Shown here: piece after piece, positions 12,801-27,800 of the stretch
Numbering within the stretch: the stretch's first letter is position 1
Layout: every line of letters begins with the position of its first letter
Source: Phoronis australis
Taxonomy: Eukaryota; Animalia; Phoronida
Length of the DNA stretch: 64,000 nucleotides
Assembly: GCA_002633005.1 (NCBI GenBank)
Contig: NMRA01000278.1
Coordinates: forward strand, 401,873-465,872
Direction: 5' to 3'
The notes under the pieces: model-generated
What the model was told of the DNA's origin: nothing
What the model saw: only the letters and a program-made list of their open reading frames with translations
Databases searched by the model: none
Position numbers and translations under genes: made by a program

Positions 12801-15800
12801 GGTGACAGTAGTGGTGCTTATGTTGCTGCTAGTAGAGCTCGATGTTGTTGTCTGGGCAACAGTTGTCGTGGTAGTAGGTGCTTCAGTCGAGTTTGTTGTG
12901 GTGACACTTTCTGTGGTACAGTTCACAGAGCATGGCTACAGAGAAACAGAAATTTTAAGTGACAAAAACAAAGAGTGAATCACACTGCTCACAAAACAAG
13001 CAAAAACCAAAATGTTGTTGTTGGTTCTAAATAGGCTACCAATTGATTTCAGTTGTGTCTCCATAGAAATGTGTCCCCTGAACATCTTGAGACCTGCAAC
13101 CAAACCACTAAAGTCAAACTGCACTCGTGCAAAGATGAACCAGAACATACACACAACAATTGTACTGGAACAACCAGCACCCACCAGTCTGTGCCTGTAA
13201 CTTCAAAGTTGTGTGAACAGAGTATTTCTCAACAAAACTGTTTCAAAATCCTCTTCAATGGTATGACATATTGTATGTGACAGCTCGTAAACACTTGTTT
13301 TAAAAATTACTGAAAGATGTCTCGAAAATATTCAGTTTTATTGATACTTAAGCCAACATAGAGGCTAATGAAAAAGCAGAATAAGGCACAAACTACTAGT
13401 AACTATTAATATTTTACTGTTTTGTACTATATTGGCAAAATCTTTCATTTCCATTAAACCACTTACAAGCCAGAGTCCATTTCTCCATTGCGCCCTGACA
13501 CGCTTGACATAAAGTAATTAAACAAACAATACAATGTACCTCTGGTGGTAGGGTTGGCTCAACATAGGGGTCCGCCTCTGCCAGTACCTCCTTGGCCGTC
13601 TTAACCTCCTTCACAGCAGGGGGTTGGCCTAGCTCAGGCTCGTCAAGCACGTTTTCCGTCATGGCAAAGGTCGTCATGACATTCTTACCACCAGCAATGC
13701 GCACAGTGATAGCATACTTGCCCTCAATTATAGGTAGAGCCTCTCCGTACATGCCTGGAACAGAGAACAGACCATGTATCATATCTATTCACCCATGTCA
13801 ACAATATTTACTGCTCCTACTCAAGTTGATGCACGTACCTCACTAAAAAAATGAGCACAGTCTTAACCTTCTGTTGGTAAAGTAAATCCATTACCAGGGG
13901 TCACACTAATTGGCCAGTTGCTACCTTCACATTCTGAAACACGAATGCAAGAAGCTCTCCCTGGACCAAACGCCAGCCATTTGTGGCGCTCACTGGACCA
14001 TTACAGCAGTCTGAGACATTATCGGCACGTTGATCAGCGCTGCTGTACTGAACAAAGACCTTTCGCCACTGAGTCACAAAGGGAATATCTGAACCTTCTG
14101 CACATGGTAATAAATGTATTCCAAAATAAAATGATAGTGTAAACCTAGACTGAGTTTGACTTTGGGCGCCCCCTTCACTAAAGACTGCATCTTTTATTAA
14201 GAGGTCCCGTGGCCTCAGCAAGGTCACAGCACCAGTTAAAGTATCGTGCTGAATCAGCTTTGCCAAACTAAAACAAGAAACAAAAAGTTGGATTACAACA
14301 CACCTTTTGGGAATAAAGAAGCCAGGTGTATTATGTCCCTTTTCCCTTTGTTGTCATGTTGCTAAGCAACCTGTTACTGAACAGTGGCAAGTTGCTTGCA
14401 GTTGGTAAGATTCCATGCAGGTTTGCCACACAGAGAGTTGTAGACCTGACACAAGACTTATGCAGCAAGATTTTGTTTGGTTGACAACTTGCAAGTGGCC
14501 TACATACTGTATGTCACTCACCAGAGCACTTCATGAACATTTTCTTGGAGTGTTGTTGAACCTTGAGGATGCGCTTCTTGGAGCCAGGATTAGCGTCCTG
14601 AATCACATTATTGGTGTCATAGTAGGAAGACAGTGTGCGTGGGTCACCGGGCACAACATACTGCTCTTGTCCCGATAGTGGCTGCCAGCTGGATATGTTG
14701 AGCTTGCGAGTGTCCGGACACGACAACTGGAACAGCGAAACGTAAATATCACAAATTAGTTTCCTATTCATTCAACATCTGGGTGTATTGCTGTGTGTAC
14801 AATAAGGCATAATGGTAAACTTGGTGGACAGATATTCAATTACTACACAGTGGCTCATTAATTTAAAAGCAAAGGAATAGATTCTCCTGTAAGCCTTCCC
14901 CATTGCTTCATTTTTTAAAGTTCGCTAATTTATTTTGGTTTTCAACAATGGCTGGGATCGGTATTCTCCTGGTCAGTGGCTTTGACGCAGAAACAAGCTC
15001 AATTTCAAAAGGTTTGCTTATTTCTAAGACTTCAGAATATCCCACCGCACAGCAGTGAAAATTTACAGGTACTATAATTATTAGTAGAAAAAGTGTTAAA
15101 ACGCTATATACCAATAGATTAAAACCTGCCATCTGCATTATATGGGACCTGTAGATGGCGCCGAATGCATGTCCACCAAAGACTTGATCGGCGTCAGGCA
15201 GTTTAGTGAATTTCAAGATGGCGCAGCTGTTATGAAAGTCAACTATTACAGCTAATTATAAGGGCAAATTCTACATTGAAATAAACACGACAAATTCAAC
15301 ATTATTTAATCCAAACACTTTCAAATGAATTGGCCCAAAATGTTTTAAGACTTAAGTTTCCATATCTCATATCCTATCAGAACACGTTTTCAATATTTCT
15401 GGTGTTTCGTTAATTAGCACACACACACATACCTGTTGCTGATAGTTGGCAATGGCCAGGGTTACAGCGAGTTCGTTCACCAAAGATGTATAGGTGGCAT
15501 CCTTGTACCAGTTTTTGCCATCCACCACTCGGCCAATCACTGTGATGAGAACAACAAGAAATTTGAGACAAAGGTTTCACCGTGACGATAATGTGAACGG
15601 TGCATAAAACCATAGAGTACATTGTCCACAAAATCTCACAGATTTAGCAAACCATTTTGCAGACAAGCGAAATTTTGTTTCGTTTTTCTTTTTTTAAATG
15701 TAGTACTAATTAACTACATAACTTTGAATTATTTTGTGAAATTTCACCATAGATATTCGAATTTCACAAATACGGTTTACATCCTTTACTGACCACCAGA

Positions 15801-18800
15801 TGTCTCTGTCATGCAGTAAAAATTTGTATTCAATCTACAACAGGCTTCCCATCAGTTTCCATAAAAGGGGCACAAGCCGATGAGGCAATTCATGAAATGG
15901 AAAACTTATTGGAAAAGATTCAAAACAGACAAAAAACAAAAGAATGAGGAATATTTGTAAACTTGTGCATGTGAAATAAACATTTTTTAAGCATTTGAAG
16001 TCCATTTACCTGGCGGGATGTCGTCAAGGAACCCGGGTGAACTGGCAAGGTAGTCCGACTGCGTTTTGGCACGGTTGTGAGCGGATATTAGAACATAGTA
16101 GACAAAGTTGAGCTGCAACGCCACCGGTTGGAACACCATGCTGGTGTCGTTGCCGCCAGCTTTGGCTCGGGTGAACAAAGGCACTAGATTGGACCCCTCC
16201 AGCGTTTTGTGGTCGCACGTATCACGTGTCAAATAAATATAGAAGAAGTTAATGCCAGACTCTGAATCCAACCAATCACGCCATGACACACGCAGATATT
16301 CTTTGGTTGGGAAATAGATGGCTCCATCATATAGATTCCCAATGTTGACGTCGCCAACTTTCGGCTTTGTCAGATCGATGAGCGTCGGAGCTCCAACTTC
16401 TGTGTAGCAGTGGTCTGCCTCATTAATCGCTTTGACAATAGGGTAGTAATACGTGTTGTGCTGTAGCGAGAGATTCGTCAGCGTGACCATTGTGTCAGTT
16501 TTCATGTCAGTCCAATCAAGGACATCAAATTTCACGTCGTTGATGATGTTATGTGACATGTCAGCATAGTTCCTACACCCGCTCATAGAGGTCACTTGAG
16601 CAGCAACTGCAGCTGTCGCTAGGGCAACCTTGTAATCAATATTGGCAAAGTTGTCACCAAACTGACTCCAGGATACAGAGAGGGTCGTGTTCTTCGCCCA
16701 GAAGGGTTCAACGGTGACCCCACCTGGGCCGATGTCATAGTCAAAGCCAACAGCAATGCCATTAGAGTAACCATCAGAGAATGACCCGCTCATGGCGAAA
16801 CCACGGACTGCACAGTAGTAAATGACATCAATTCGTGTCAGGTTTATATCTACAAATGTGTAGCTCAGGTTGGTGCCGACATCCACATACCAATGGATGT
16901 TGGTCCGTGTGAATTCCGAGGAGCGATCATTACCCAGACCCACAATGTAATGAGATATCATTTTGGAAGGATCAATGGAATCCGGGTCGCCAAACTGGTC
17001 CCAGTTGCACTCCAGGTATGTGTACGGCTCATAGAAATTGAGATCACGATCTTTGTATGGACCATCGCGTACCTCCCCAGGCTTGGGTGGGTACATGTTG
17101 ACGGTGATGCCATCAGAGGACGCCACTGTCACACGCCCGAGCATGTCCGTGACGCGGATCACGCTGAAGTACATCTTTAGGTCGTCAAGTACGAGCTGGT
17201 CATTGTTGAAGTAGTTATTGTCAGTTGGCATCGATGTGAAGTTCTGGATGATAACACCTGTAGGTGAAACAAGGGAGTGCAATGACAGGGACGGTTACAA
17301 AAACAACTACTAAAGATCTTCAATTAATAAATAAACACACTTCCAAATGGGCACAAACCAAAAACATGCGAGTAAGAAACAAAATAATTAAACTTCGTGT
17401 TGTGGAAAGTATTCTATGTACGGCTGCGGCACTTAATCTTAGCTCCAATCACCCAAAACACAGTCTTAGCCAGCAAACACCAAACCCACATGCATGGCAA
17501 TATTCTAGACCTACAGCATGGGTCAGAGTGAGTAATCTGGTTTGCAGGCATGCAGTTTCGTACCCAGATATGGCATAGTTTCGGACTTTCATTAAAAACA
17601 ACATAATGAGTTTATAATATCTAGACAACTTCCGACAAAAAAGATGCATTTTAATACAAAATGTAAATTTAGAAGTCCACTCTTCATCACAAACTTCAAC
17701 AACAAAAACACCAACAGGATACAGTCAGTCACCCACTCACCATCAGCACGGTGTATGGACCATTCAACTGTCTGCACAAAGCAGCCATCATTGACCTCAT
17801 AACGACCCTGCAACTGTGTCTCTTCCTGCTGATAGTCAACGTCGCGTGCCTTCTCACCTTTCTTCAAGTCATAGACAGTAACCTTGAGTTTGGGAGTGAC
17901 CAATACAAACTGAGACACAGCCACTGCCTTCAATCCTGCCACGTTGACCGCGCGCACAGACGCTCGAACGGACGTTCCTGTGAGCCAGGTATAGGGATAT
18001 TGAGTAACACTAAACAGCAAACAATTTATCACAACCAGGTGTTAGTAAAATGGCGATTATGTTTGGTTTTAGTTTGACACTGCTTTAAAGCTGTACATCT
18101 GCCACTCCAAAAAAGTAGAACACAAAAATTTTAATTTCGGGGAACAGGAGTTGTGAAAAACGTGTCTAATAAAGACAAGTACAGGATATTTGTACAGCAT
18201 TTTAGATAAGTCTAATAAAGACAAGTACAGGATATTTGTACAGCATTTTAGATAAGTCTAATAAAGACAAGTACAGGATATTTGTACAGCATTTTAGATA
18301 AGTCTAATAAAGACAAGTACAGGATATTTGTAAAGCATTTTAGATAAGTCTAATAAAGACAAGTACAGGATATTTGTACAGCATTTTAGATAAGTCTAAT
18401 AAAGACAAGTACAGGATATTTGTACACCATTTTAGATAAGTCTAATAAACACAAGTACAGGATATTTGTACAGCATTTTAGATAAGTCTAATAAAGACAA
18501 GTACAGGATATTTGTACAGCATTTTAGATAAGTCTAATAAAGACAAGTACAGGATACTTGTACAGCATTTTAGATAAGTCTAATAAAGACAAGTACAGGA
18601 TACTTGTACAGCATTTTAGATAAGTCTAATAAAGACAAGTACAGGATACTTGTACAGCATTTTAGATAAGTGTAATAAAGACAAGTACAGGATACTTGTA
18701 CAGCATTTTAGATAAGTCTAATAAAGACAAGTACAGGATACTTGTACAGCATTTTAGATAAGTCTAATAAAGACAAGTACAGGATATTTGTACAGCATTT

Positions 18801-21800
18801 TAGATCAGGAGCTTAGTCAAGGAGCCATAACAACCCATATGGCTGTAAAGGTTTGGTGTCACGTGTAAGATTGGAGTTTAATGGAAACATTAACAGATTC
18901 ACAAGATCCCGTCTAGTGCATGGTAAAACTACTTTAATTAGTGAGTGTAGAATAACATAATTTTGCTGACATTGGTGGAATACATGGCATGTGCACCTAA
19001 AACATGTGCTAGTTTCTTTATGGAGGAAAGTCGGCATTTGATAGCTCGTTTCAAATGGCTTCCGTACATCCCTGCACGACAGCATGATAAGCTAAGAACT
19101 AAGTCGCTAATTTACATACCTGCAGTCAGGCTAAGTCCCCTTATGGTATAGGAGGTTACCAGTCCCACAGACTTAAAAGGTACAAAGTGCGTGGATGACT
19201 CAGCATTTCCAAGGGCAATCTCATACCTGAAAGGCAATGCATTTATTGTGAAATTCAAGCACTCTGATACAGAGTTATTAGTTAGGTTTAACCAAGGCAG
19301 CAAAGTGACGTTTGGAGTCTGTTTTATGAAGGTCATACTTCACAATTAAAGGCTTGCTCAAGTTATTTTGAACATAGGGCAGTGTTTAGAAACATTTTAT
19401 AGAAATTATCTCAGAGTTATCTTAATAATCCCAAAGAAAGCAGTGAAATTTGAGCAGGGGAGGGCATTACGACACATGCTTTGGGGGTATTAAGCCAATC
19501 ACCAAGATGGTAAATGCCTGGTAATCCTAACACAGAAGAAGCAGACGTTACAAACTTGAAAATGCGATGTAGCGCTTAATGGTCAAGCAAAATGTGTTAT
19601 GTCCACTCACTCAGCCATTATGCATTGCACAATGTTTCACTTTATTCCACAACCATCTCCAGGTAAGAACTAAATTCAAACAACCAATGCATTTACCTGA
19701 AGGTGCTTATGGAATAAAGCGAAAGATGGAGTTTTCAGTCACAACTTATAAAATTAGCAACTGCCGTAATTATGAATTTTTCGACATTATTGTTGACAGA
19801 ATTCTCGAGTCATTTAAGAAATTAAAAAAATGCAAAACTGTCATTGGAATGTTTTTACTTTAAAACTAACTCTATTTCCTGCAAGTGATGGGAAACTAAT
19901 TACCAAATGATTTTTAGGCAGCCATGAATATCAAACTAAGAACAAAATATATTGAGAAATTGTTTAATTTTGAATTCCATCCACATTACTATATGGTAAA
20001 CACGTGAAGATCTGCACTATCCAAAAATAAAGTAACTAATCTTGTTCTTTTTAGTCCATATATTTTTTATCTAAAACCTCACCTGCAATTGACCTTACCT
20101 GTCTAAAGGTGTGTTATCAGTGAATGGTTCCCACTGTACAGTCACCATAGTTTGTGAGATCTGGCACACAACATCAGCATCACCAGAATTTTGTGTCAGC
20201 GGGAATTTGGATGGAGTAACAATCTTGACCTAAAAATTAGGAAAATGTAAATTTGAAATTTGTAAGTTATCAATTAGCACTTTTTCATTTTTAACTTTGA
20301 TTTAAGATAATTAACTATTCAATTCTGTTAAAAAACTAGGTAACTATGCTTTATGACTGAGTACTAACTTAATATCTCTTTATGACTGAGTACTAACTTA
20401 ATATCTCTTTATGACTGAGTGCTAACTTAATATCTCTTTATGACTGAGTGCTAACTTAATATCTCTTTATGACTGAGTACTAACTTAATATCTCTTTATG
20501 ACTGAGTGCTAACTTAATATCTTATAGGTTACATGACAAAGAGCAATATAAAATGTAGCTTTAAATTTCGGCCTTCCCCTCTCCTTGTGCCCCCACTGTT
20601 TTTCTCGATCATCTAGACGATGGCCTCTTTTTGATACCTGATTGGCAGTTGGTGTTTCGATCACGTAGGTGATCTCATCCGAGACGGATGTGTCTCGACC
20701 AACCCTGTTCCTGACGTGCAGCGTGACAGAGTACGGCTTGCCCTGCTCCAGGGTGCTGTTCAACACGTGATATTTCCACGTGCGGCGGTACACAGGAAGT
20801 GGATACCAGTCCAGTATGTCAGACGTGTTGTGGGAACTACCAATGGCAATGGCCATGTCTGGGAAAGAACAAATGGGGTTCAATTACAACAGTTTTTAAA
20901 ATGATCAATAACCAATTGTCACAATAAATGGACAAACTAATAGTAAACAAAATGCATGAATTAGATAAAAAGCTAAATCCTATGTTAGACACGCTGGCAT
21001 TATTGTTTAAAAAATATGTTGATTAGGAAGACGGGTAATAACACACGTACACCGCCATATTGCCATTAGTCTTGTTCAGTCTATTCTACACTCTGCTAAG
21101 TGGAACAGTCTATTCTACACTCTGCTAAGTGGAACAGTCTATTCTACACTGCTGAGCGCAACAGTCTGAAGTCCCCCAAGTGAACCCACTAGTCACAGAT
21201 TTATAGTTCAACTGTTCACACACGTTATGTGCATGTTGAAAACTAACCTCCCAGTAAGGGATGTTTTGTCAGAATTTTCGTGAAAATTTTGCTTTGTTCA
21301 AGTTTAAGTTAAATTGCCTCACACATTTGTTATTGATTTCACATTTTCCATCTTCCCAAAGACTCCAAATCCAATTACACTCACAAATGCCTAAACCACT
21401 TAAAAACCTAAACATCATTCTCTTATCCAGCATTTTCTTACCCAGCATTCTCAAACCCAGAATTCTGCCAATCACAAATACAAGAGCATTGAACTCACAA
21501 GTTAGCGAGCTTTCATTGTCGCTGGCAATCTTCCAGTTGCAGTCTACACCCAAGTTAGTGCTGGATACATATGGCTCGCACCGATAGTTCTCGACATAAG
21601 GGGGCGTTACATCCACCGTGACACCTGGAGTGCGCAGACGCACACTATTGGACAGCTGATCCTGAGATGTCACCTCACCAAATACCTGTCAAGCAAGCAT
21701 GGCAACTCCAGTCAGTTGTGAAAGAAAATTTACCAAATTTGGCAATAGCAGTTTCATGACTTTACAAAAACACTTCAAACACCCTATTTACACAATGATC

Positions 21801-24800
21801 AACAGGTGACAGGGGAGACAATCTAATGGCCGACTTAGTTGACTAGAAGGTGGTATTTATATTCAGGAGGGGGATTGTTGACCCTCTGTGATGATGAACT
21901 GTGTTCTGCTCTTAATCTATTCAGGTATCAAAAAGGGACGTTAACTTTATTCTTTAGCATCGGCTGAATAACAAACCTCCCTTTTACATACAGAAGAAAA
22001 TCAATGTGTTCATTCAGCAATAAAAGCTCGATTCGTTCAAGTTTGGAAAGATCGCATAACATGCCGCTTGTGTTTGGCTAATATTGTGTGTGTAACCTAG
22101 GAACATTACACATCACATCAACAAGTGGATGGCTCTGTTTCCGTGGCCCAGCAAGACTAGAACATTGAATTATGGGAAAAAACAGGTTATGTTAAATCAC
22201 TAATTCCAGTTCAACATTGTTTGCTAAAACCTTATTCCAAATGAGGCTTCCCGACGCATAACAAAAAATTTCTGAATCACAGCACAAATTTATCTAATGG
22301 TCGGCTAGGGAAAGTTTATTAAGATTTTCTAATAAACATTGATACGATAGTAATATGGATTAAAATAAAACTAAACAGTCCAAATAATATTAGGTAAACT
22401 TTTTAAGAATTATAACTCAATCTTTCCTAAAGCTTTATACTCGTCATATAATGCTTAACCAGATAATTATGGACTTGAGAAGTAAACCCATAAGACCATA
22501 CTCAGACAGGTCAATGGACTCATGAGCAAACCTGTTTTCAAAAAAATTCTGATGAACCTCTAATGAATAGATCTCTGGTTTACTAAAATCAATCAAACAA
22601 TTGAAACAAAAATTAGTGAAATTGAATGATAAACGATAATGATGACAGCCATTGCTACAGATGAGGGATGGATGATGATGAAGAACAAAACGATGATGAC
22701 TAAAAATATCAAGAAACATCGCCATGTACAGTGGATGGTAAACCAACAAGTGCGCATTGAGGAATCAGCCAATCAAAGAAAAGTCATAAAAATCATAAAA
22801 AAGTCGTAGCAAGAAATGGATGACACACTCCAGGTAGCTCTGAAGAATACCTAAAAGGACGTGCAACACAAATAGTTGAAACACCACCAATGCATCTCAA
22901 TTTCAGCAGCAAACTATAGACCTCGGACTATTGTCAACTATTACAGACCTCAGGCTATTATCAACTATTATAAACCTCAGGCTATTATCCACACATATTG
23001 TGTGTGAATTTCAAAGTTATCAGACAAGACATTTGACACCTTAACAAACAAAAATGTATGACAGAGTAACGACAAAGAGAATTCCCCAAATTTGTGACCA
23101 CCTGATAACAAACATCCGTTCAGACATGACACAAGGGTCTACATACTGTGTCGCCTTGGCTCAGCTTGACAGCACCAAGAGGCATGTTGAACGCCGTTGT
23201 CTGGGTCCAGTCTTTGAGGTCTCCTGACCCAGGCAGGCCCCCCACTCGGTACTTCATGGTAACGTTGCCTATACCTGCAAAAGTGAAAGGCGAAATCAAT
23301 TGAGATTACTGCTGCAGCACTTTAAAAAGTGGCTGCACACATAACAAACAGACTTTCTTACACTACACATTAAATCATGCTTGCTTTATCTAGGGAGTAT
23401 GAATGTGCCAAAAATCCTACCAAAATTAACCACTGCATTAAATCAAAAAACAGTAATGTAATTTTTAAAGAAAAAAATTGATTATCCATCTCATCGAAAA
23501 TCAGAAATTTCAAAGCCAAAATTTCCAGCTAATTCACAAATGATTTCGTGAAATTATTTTTCTCCTGGCTTCATTCTTGGTTTTCATCATGACATTTACA
23601 AATAGCAACAAAATTTATCATTTGTTTGAAAAACTACATCTACCTAGTATATGACCTTGACCTACCATAATCAGTGCTGTTCCAGTGGAAACTCAACATA
23701 TCGGCTTCATTGCGTTCATAGAACACGTGATGTGGATCGCTGAGATCAACCACTGTACCAAATTCCTTCAGTTTCAAAGTGGGTGGTGTAGAATCCAGCC
23801 GGAACCCGTCAGACTCGGACACGATGATGTCCTCGTGACAGTTGTGACCCGTGATGGCTCGCACAGTCACAAACACCTGATGTCAAGACAAAAGAAGCTT
23901 GAATTTAGAAAAGCACCTCAAACCCATTTGTTAAGAAATTTTTATTGCCATTTATATAGTGGTGACATAGTTAATGAAATACATCTTGTCACTAGATGGC
24001 GAAAGAGTAGTTATTGGCCTCGTTTGTTCATTGTGTTCTTGAATGGTGAGTTAACGCACTCATTTTCCAGTATTTTTTCACAGTTTTTCCACCGCCACCT
24101 ATCGGTCAAATTACTAGAGATATGCAGTGAGATAGGCATATGATTCACTGTAGAATATGGGGCACCAAAATTCAAGCCGAAATTGAATTTTTTTGATTCT
24201 GAAGATTGGAACATGGGCAACTTTGGTTCTCATCACTTTTCTCAAATATCGGACATTGCACTTTGTATCAATAGAATCTGAAAATAAACTTCATTGACAG
24301 CTCACAAAAATAAACCGGTGAAGTGACGTTTTCAGGCTTAACATAGAGTGTGTAATAAATGTTATGTCCAGACTACTGACTATCTTTTAATCTGGAATGG
24401 CCAGACGTGCAGATTTATAAAATTTGTTACACGCTCCGACTTTGAGCAAAACAACTAATGTTTCACTGTCTGAAACTGGATTATGTTTATCGTACTTTAC
24501 AAACAACTGCATTTAATACACAGATTCAAACTCATCTCCAGAAAAAAAAAAATGAGTATTAAAGAAACCGACCCAACTCAACAGTGTTCTTTAATAAGTG
24601 TTTCTTCTTATTACCTTGCTGATCTGTATATGAATATTCGCTTGAGCATACCCAGTGTCTGCACTGTCCATAATGATGCCTTCTGCCACAAACGGCTGAA
24701 TATTCGAGCCTCCAGCTATATCACCTAGAGCCCAGTCATAACCTGTAGATAACAACAACATGATCACCTAGAGCCCAGTCATAACCTGTATATAACAACA

Positions 24801-27800
24801 ACATGATCACCTAGCGCCCAGTCATAACCTGTAGATGACAACAACACGATCACCTAGAGCCCAGTCATAACCTGTACATAACAACAACATGACCACCTAG
24901 AGCCCAGTCATAACCTGTATATAACAACAACATGATCACCTAGAGCCCAGTCATAACCTGTAGATAACAACAACATGATCACCTAGCGCCCAGTCATAAC
25001 CTGTAGATGACAACAACACGATCACCTAGAGCCCAGTCATAACCTGTACATAACAACAACATGACCACCTAGAGCCCAGTCATAACCTGTATATAACAAC
25101 AACATGATCACCTAGAGCCCAGTCATAACCTGTAGATAACAACAACATGATCACCTAGCGCCCAGTCATAACCTGTAGATGACAACAACACGATCACCTA
25201 GAGCCCAGTCATAACCTGTACATAACAACAACATGACCACCTAGAGCCCAGTCATAACCTGTATATAACAACAACATGATCACCTAGAGCCCAGTCATAA
25301 CCTGTAGATAACAACAACATGATCACCTAGCGCCCAGTCATAACCTGTAGATGACAACAACACGATCACCTAGAGCCCAGTCATAACCTGTACATAACAA
25401 CAACATGACCACCTAGAGCCCAGTCATAACCTGTATATAACAACAACATGATCACCTAGAGCCCAGTCATAACCTGTAGATAACAACAACATGATCACCT
25501 AGCGCCCAGTCATAACCTGTAGATGACAACAACACGATCACCTAGAGCCCAGTCATAACCTGTACATAACAACAACATGACCACCTAGAGCCCAGTCATA
25601 ACCTGTATATAACAACAACATGATCACCTAGAGCCCAGTCATAACCTGTAGATAACAACAACATGATCACCTAGCGCCCAGTCATAACCTGTAGATGACA
25701 ACAACACGATCACCTAGAGCCCAGTCATAACCTGTACATAACAACAACATGACCACCTAGAGCCCAGTCATAACCTGTATATAACAACAACATGATCACC
25801 TAGAGCCCAGTCATAACCTGTAGATAACAACAACATGATCACCTAGCGCCCAGTCATAACCTGTAGATGACAACAACACGATCACCTAGAGCCCAGTCAT
25901 AACCTGTACATAACAACAACATGACCACCTAGAGCCCAGTCATAACCTGTATATAACAACAACATGATCACCTAGAGCCCAGTCATAACCTGTAGATAAC
26001 AACAACATGATCACCTAGCGCCCAGTCATAACCTGTAGATGACAACAACACGATCACCTAGAGCCCAGTCATAACCTGTACATAACAACAACATGACCAC
26101 CTAGAGCCCAGTCATAACCTGTATATAACAACAACATGATCACCTAGAGCCCAGTCATAACCTGTAGATAACAACAACATGATCACCTAGCGCCCAGTCA
26201 TAACCTGTAGATGACAACAACACGATCACCTAGAGCCCAGTCATAACCTGTACATAACAACAACATGACCACCTAGAGCCCAGTCATAACCTGTATATAA
26301 CAACAACATGATCACCTAGAGCCCAGTCATAACCTGTAGATAACAACAACATGATCACCTAGCGCCCAGTCATAACCTGTAGATGACAACAACACGATCA
26401 CCTAGAGCCCAGTCATAACCTGTACATAACAACAACATGACCACCTAGAGCCCAGTCATAACCTGTATATAACAACAACATGATCACCTAGAGCCCAGTC
26501 ATAACCTGTAGATAACAACAACATGATCACCTAGCGCCCAGTCATAACCTGTAGATGACAACAACACGATCACCTAGAGCCCAGTCATAACCTGTACATA
26601 ACAACAACATGACCACCTAGAGCCCAGTCATAACCTGTATATAACAACAACATGATCACCTAGAGCCCAGTCATAACCTGTAGATAACAACAACATGATC
26701 ACCTAGCGCCCAGTCATAACCTGTAGATGACAACAACACGATCACCTAGAGCCCAGTCATAACCTGTACATAACAACAACATGACCACCTAGAGCCCAGT
26801 CATAACCTGTATATAACAACAACATGATCACCTAGAGCCCAGTCATAACCTGTAGATAACAACAACATGATCACCTAGCGCCCAGTCATAACCTGTAGAT
26901 GACAACAACACGATCACCTAGAGCCCAGTCATAACCTGTACATAACAACAACATGACCACCTAGAGCCCAGTCATAACCTGTATATAACAACAACATGAT
27001 CACCTAGAGCCCAGTCATAACCTGTAGATAACAACAACATGATCACCTAGCGCCCAGTCATAACCTGTAGATGACAACAACACGATCACCTAGAGCCCAG
27101 TCATAACCTGTACATAACAACAACATGACCACCTAGAGCCCAGTCATAACCTGTATATAACAACAACATGATCACCTAGAGCCCAGTCATAACCTGTAGA
27201 TAACAACAACATGATCACCTAGCGCCCAGTCATAACCTGTAGATGACAACAACACGATCACCTAGAGCCCAGTCATAACCTGTACATAACAACAACATGA
27301 CCACCTAGAGCCCAGTCATAACCTGTATATAACAACAACATGATCACCTAGAGCCCAGTCATAACCTGTAGATAACAACAACATGATCACCTAGCGCCCA
27401 GTCATAACCTGTAGATGACAACAACACGATCACCTAGAGCCCAGTCATAACCTGTACATAACAACAACATGACCACCTAGAGCCCAGTCATAACCTGTAT
27501 ATAACAACAACATGATCACCTAGAGCCCAGTCATAACCTGTAGATAACAACAACATGATCACCTAGCGCCCAGTCATAACCTGTAGATGACAACAACACG
27601 ATCACCTAGAGCCCAGTCATAACCTGTACATAACAACAACATGACCACCTAGAGCCCAGTCATAACCTGTATATAACAACAACATGATCACCTAGAGCCC
27701 AGTCATAACCTGTAGATAACAACAACATGATCACCTAGCGCCCAGTCATAACCTGTAGATGACAACAACACGATCACCTAGNACAAGTGAACTCTCCTAT

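Noticed and set aside
13934-14266. 121-aa ORF as an exon
   Set aside because: Its best donors end in phase 0, but the following exons require phase 1, and the chain closes without it
24720-27781. CRISPR array
   Set aside because: Units are contiguous with no unique spacers, no cas genes, eukaryotic intron context
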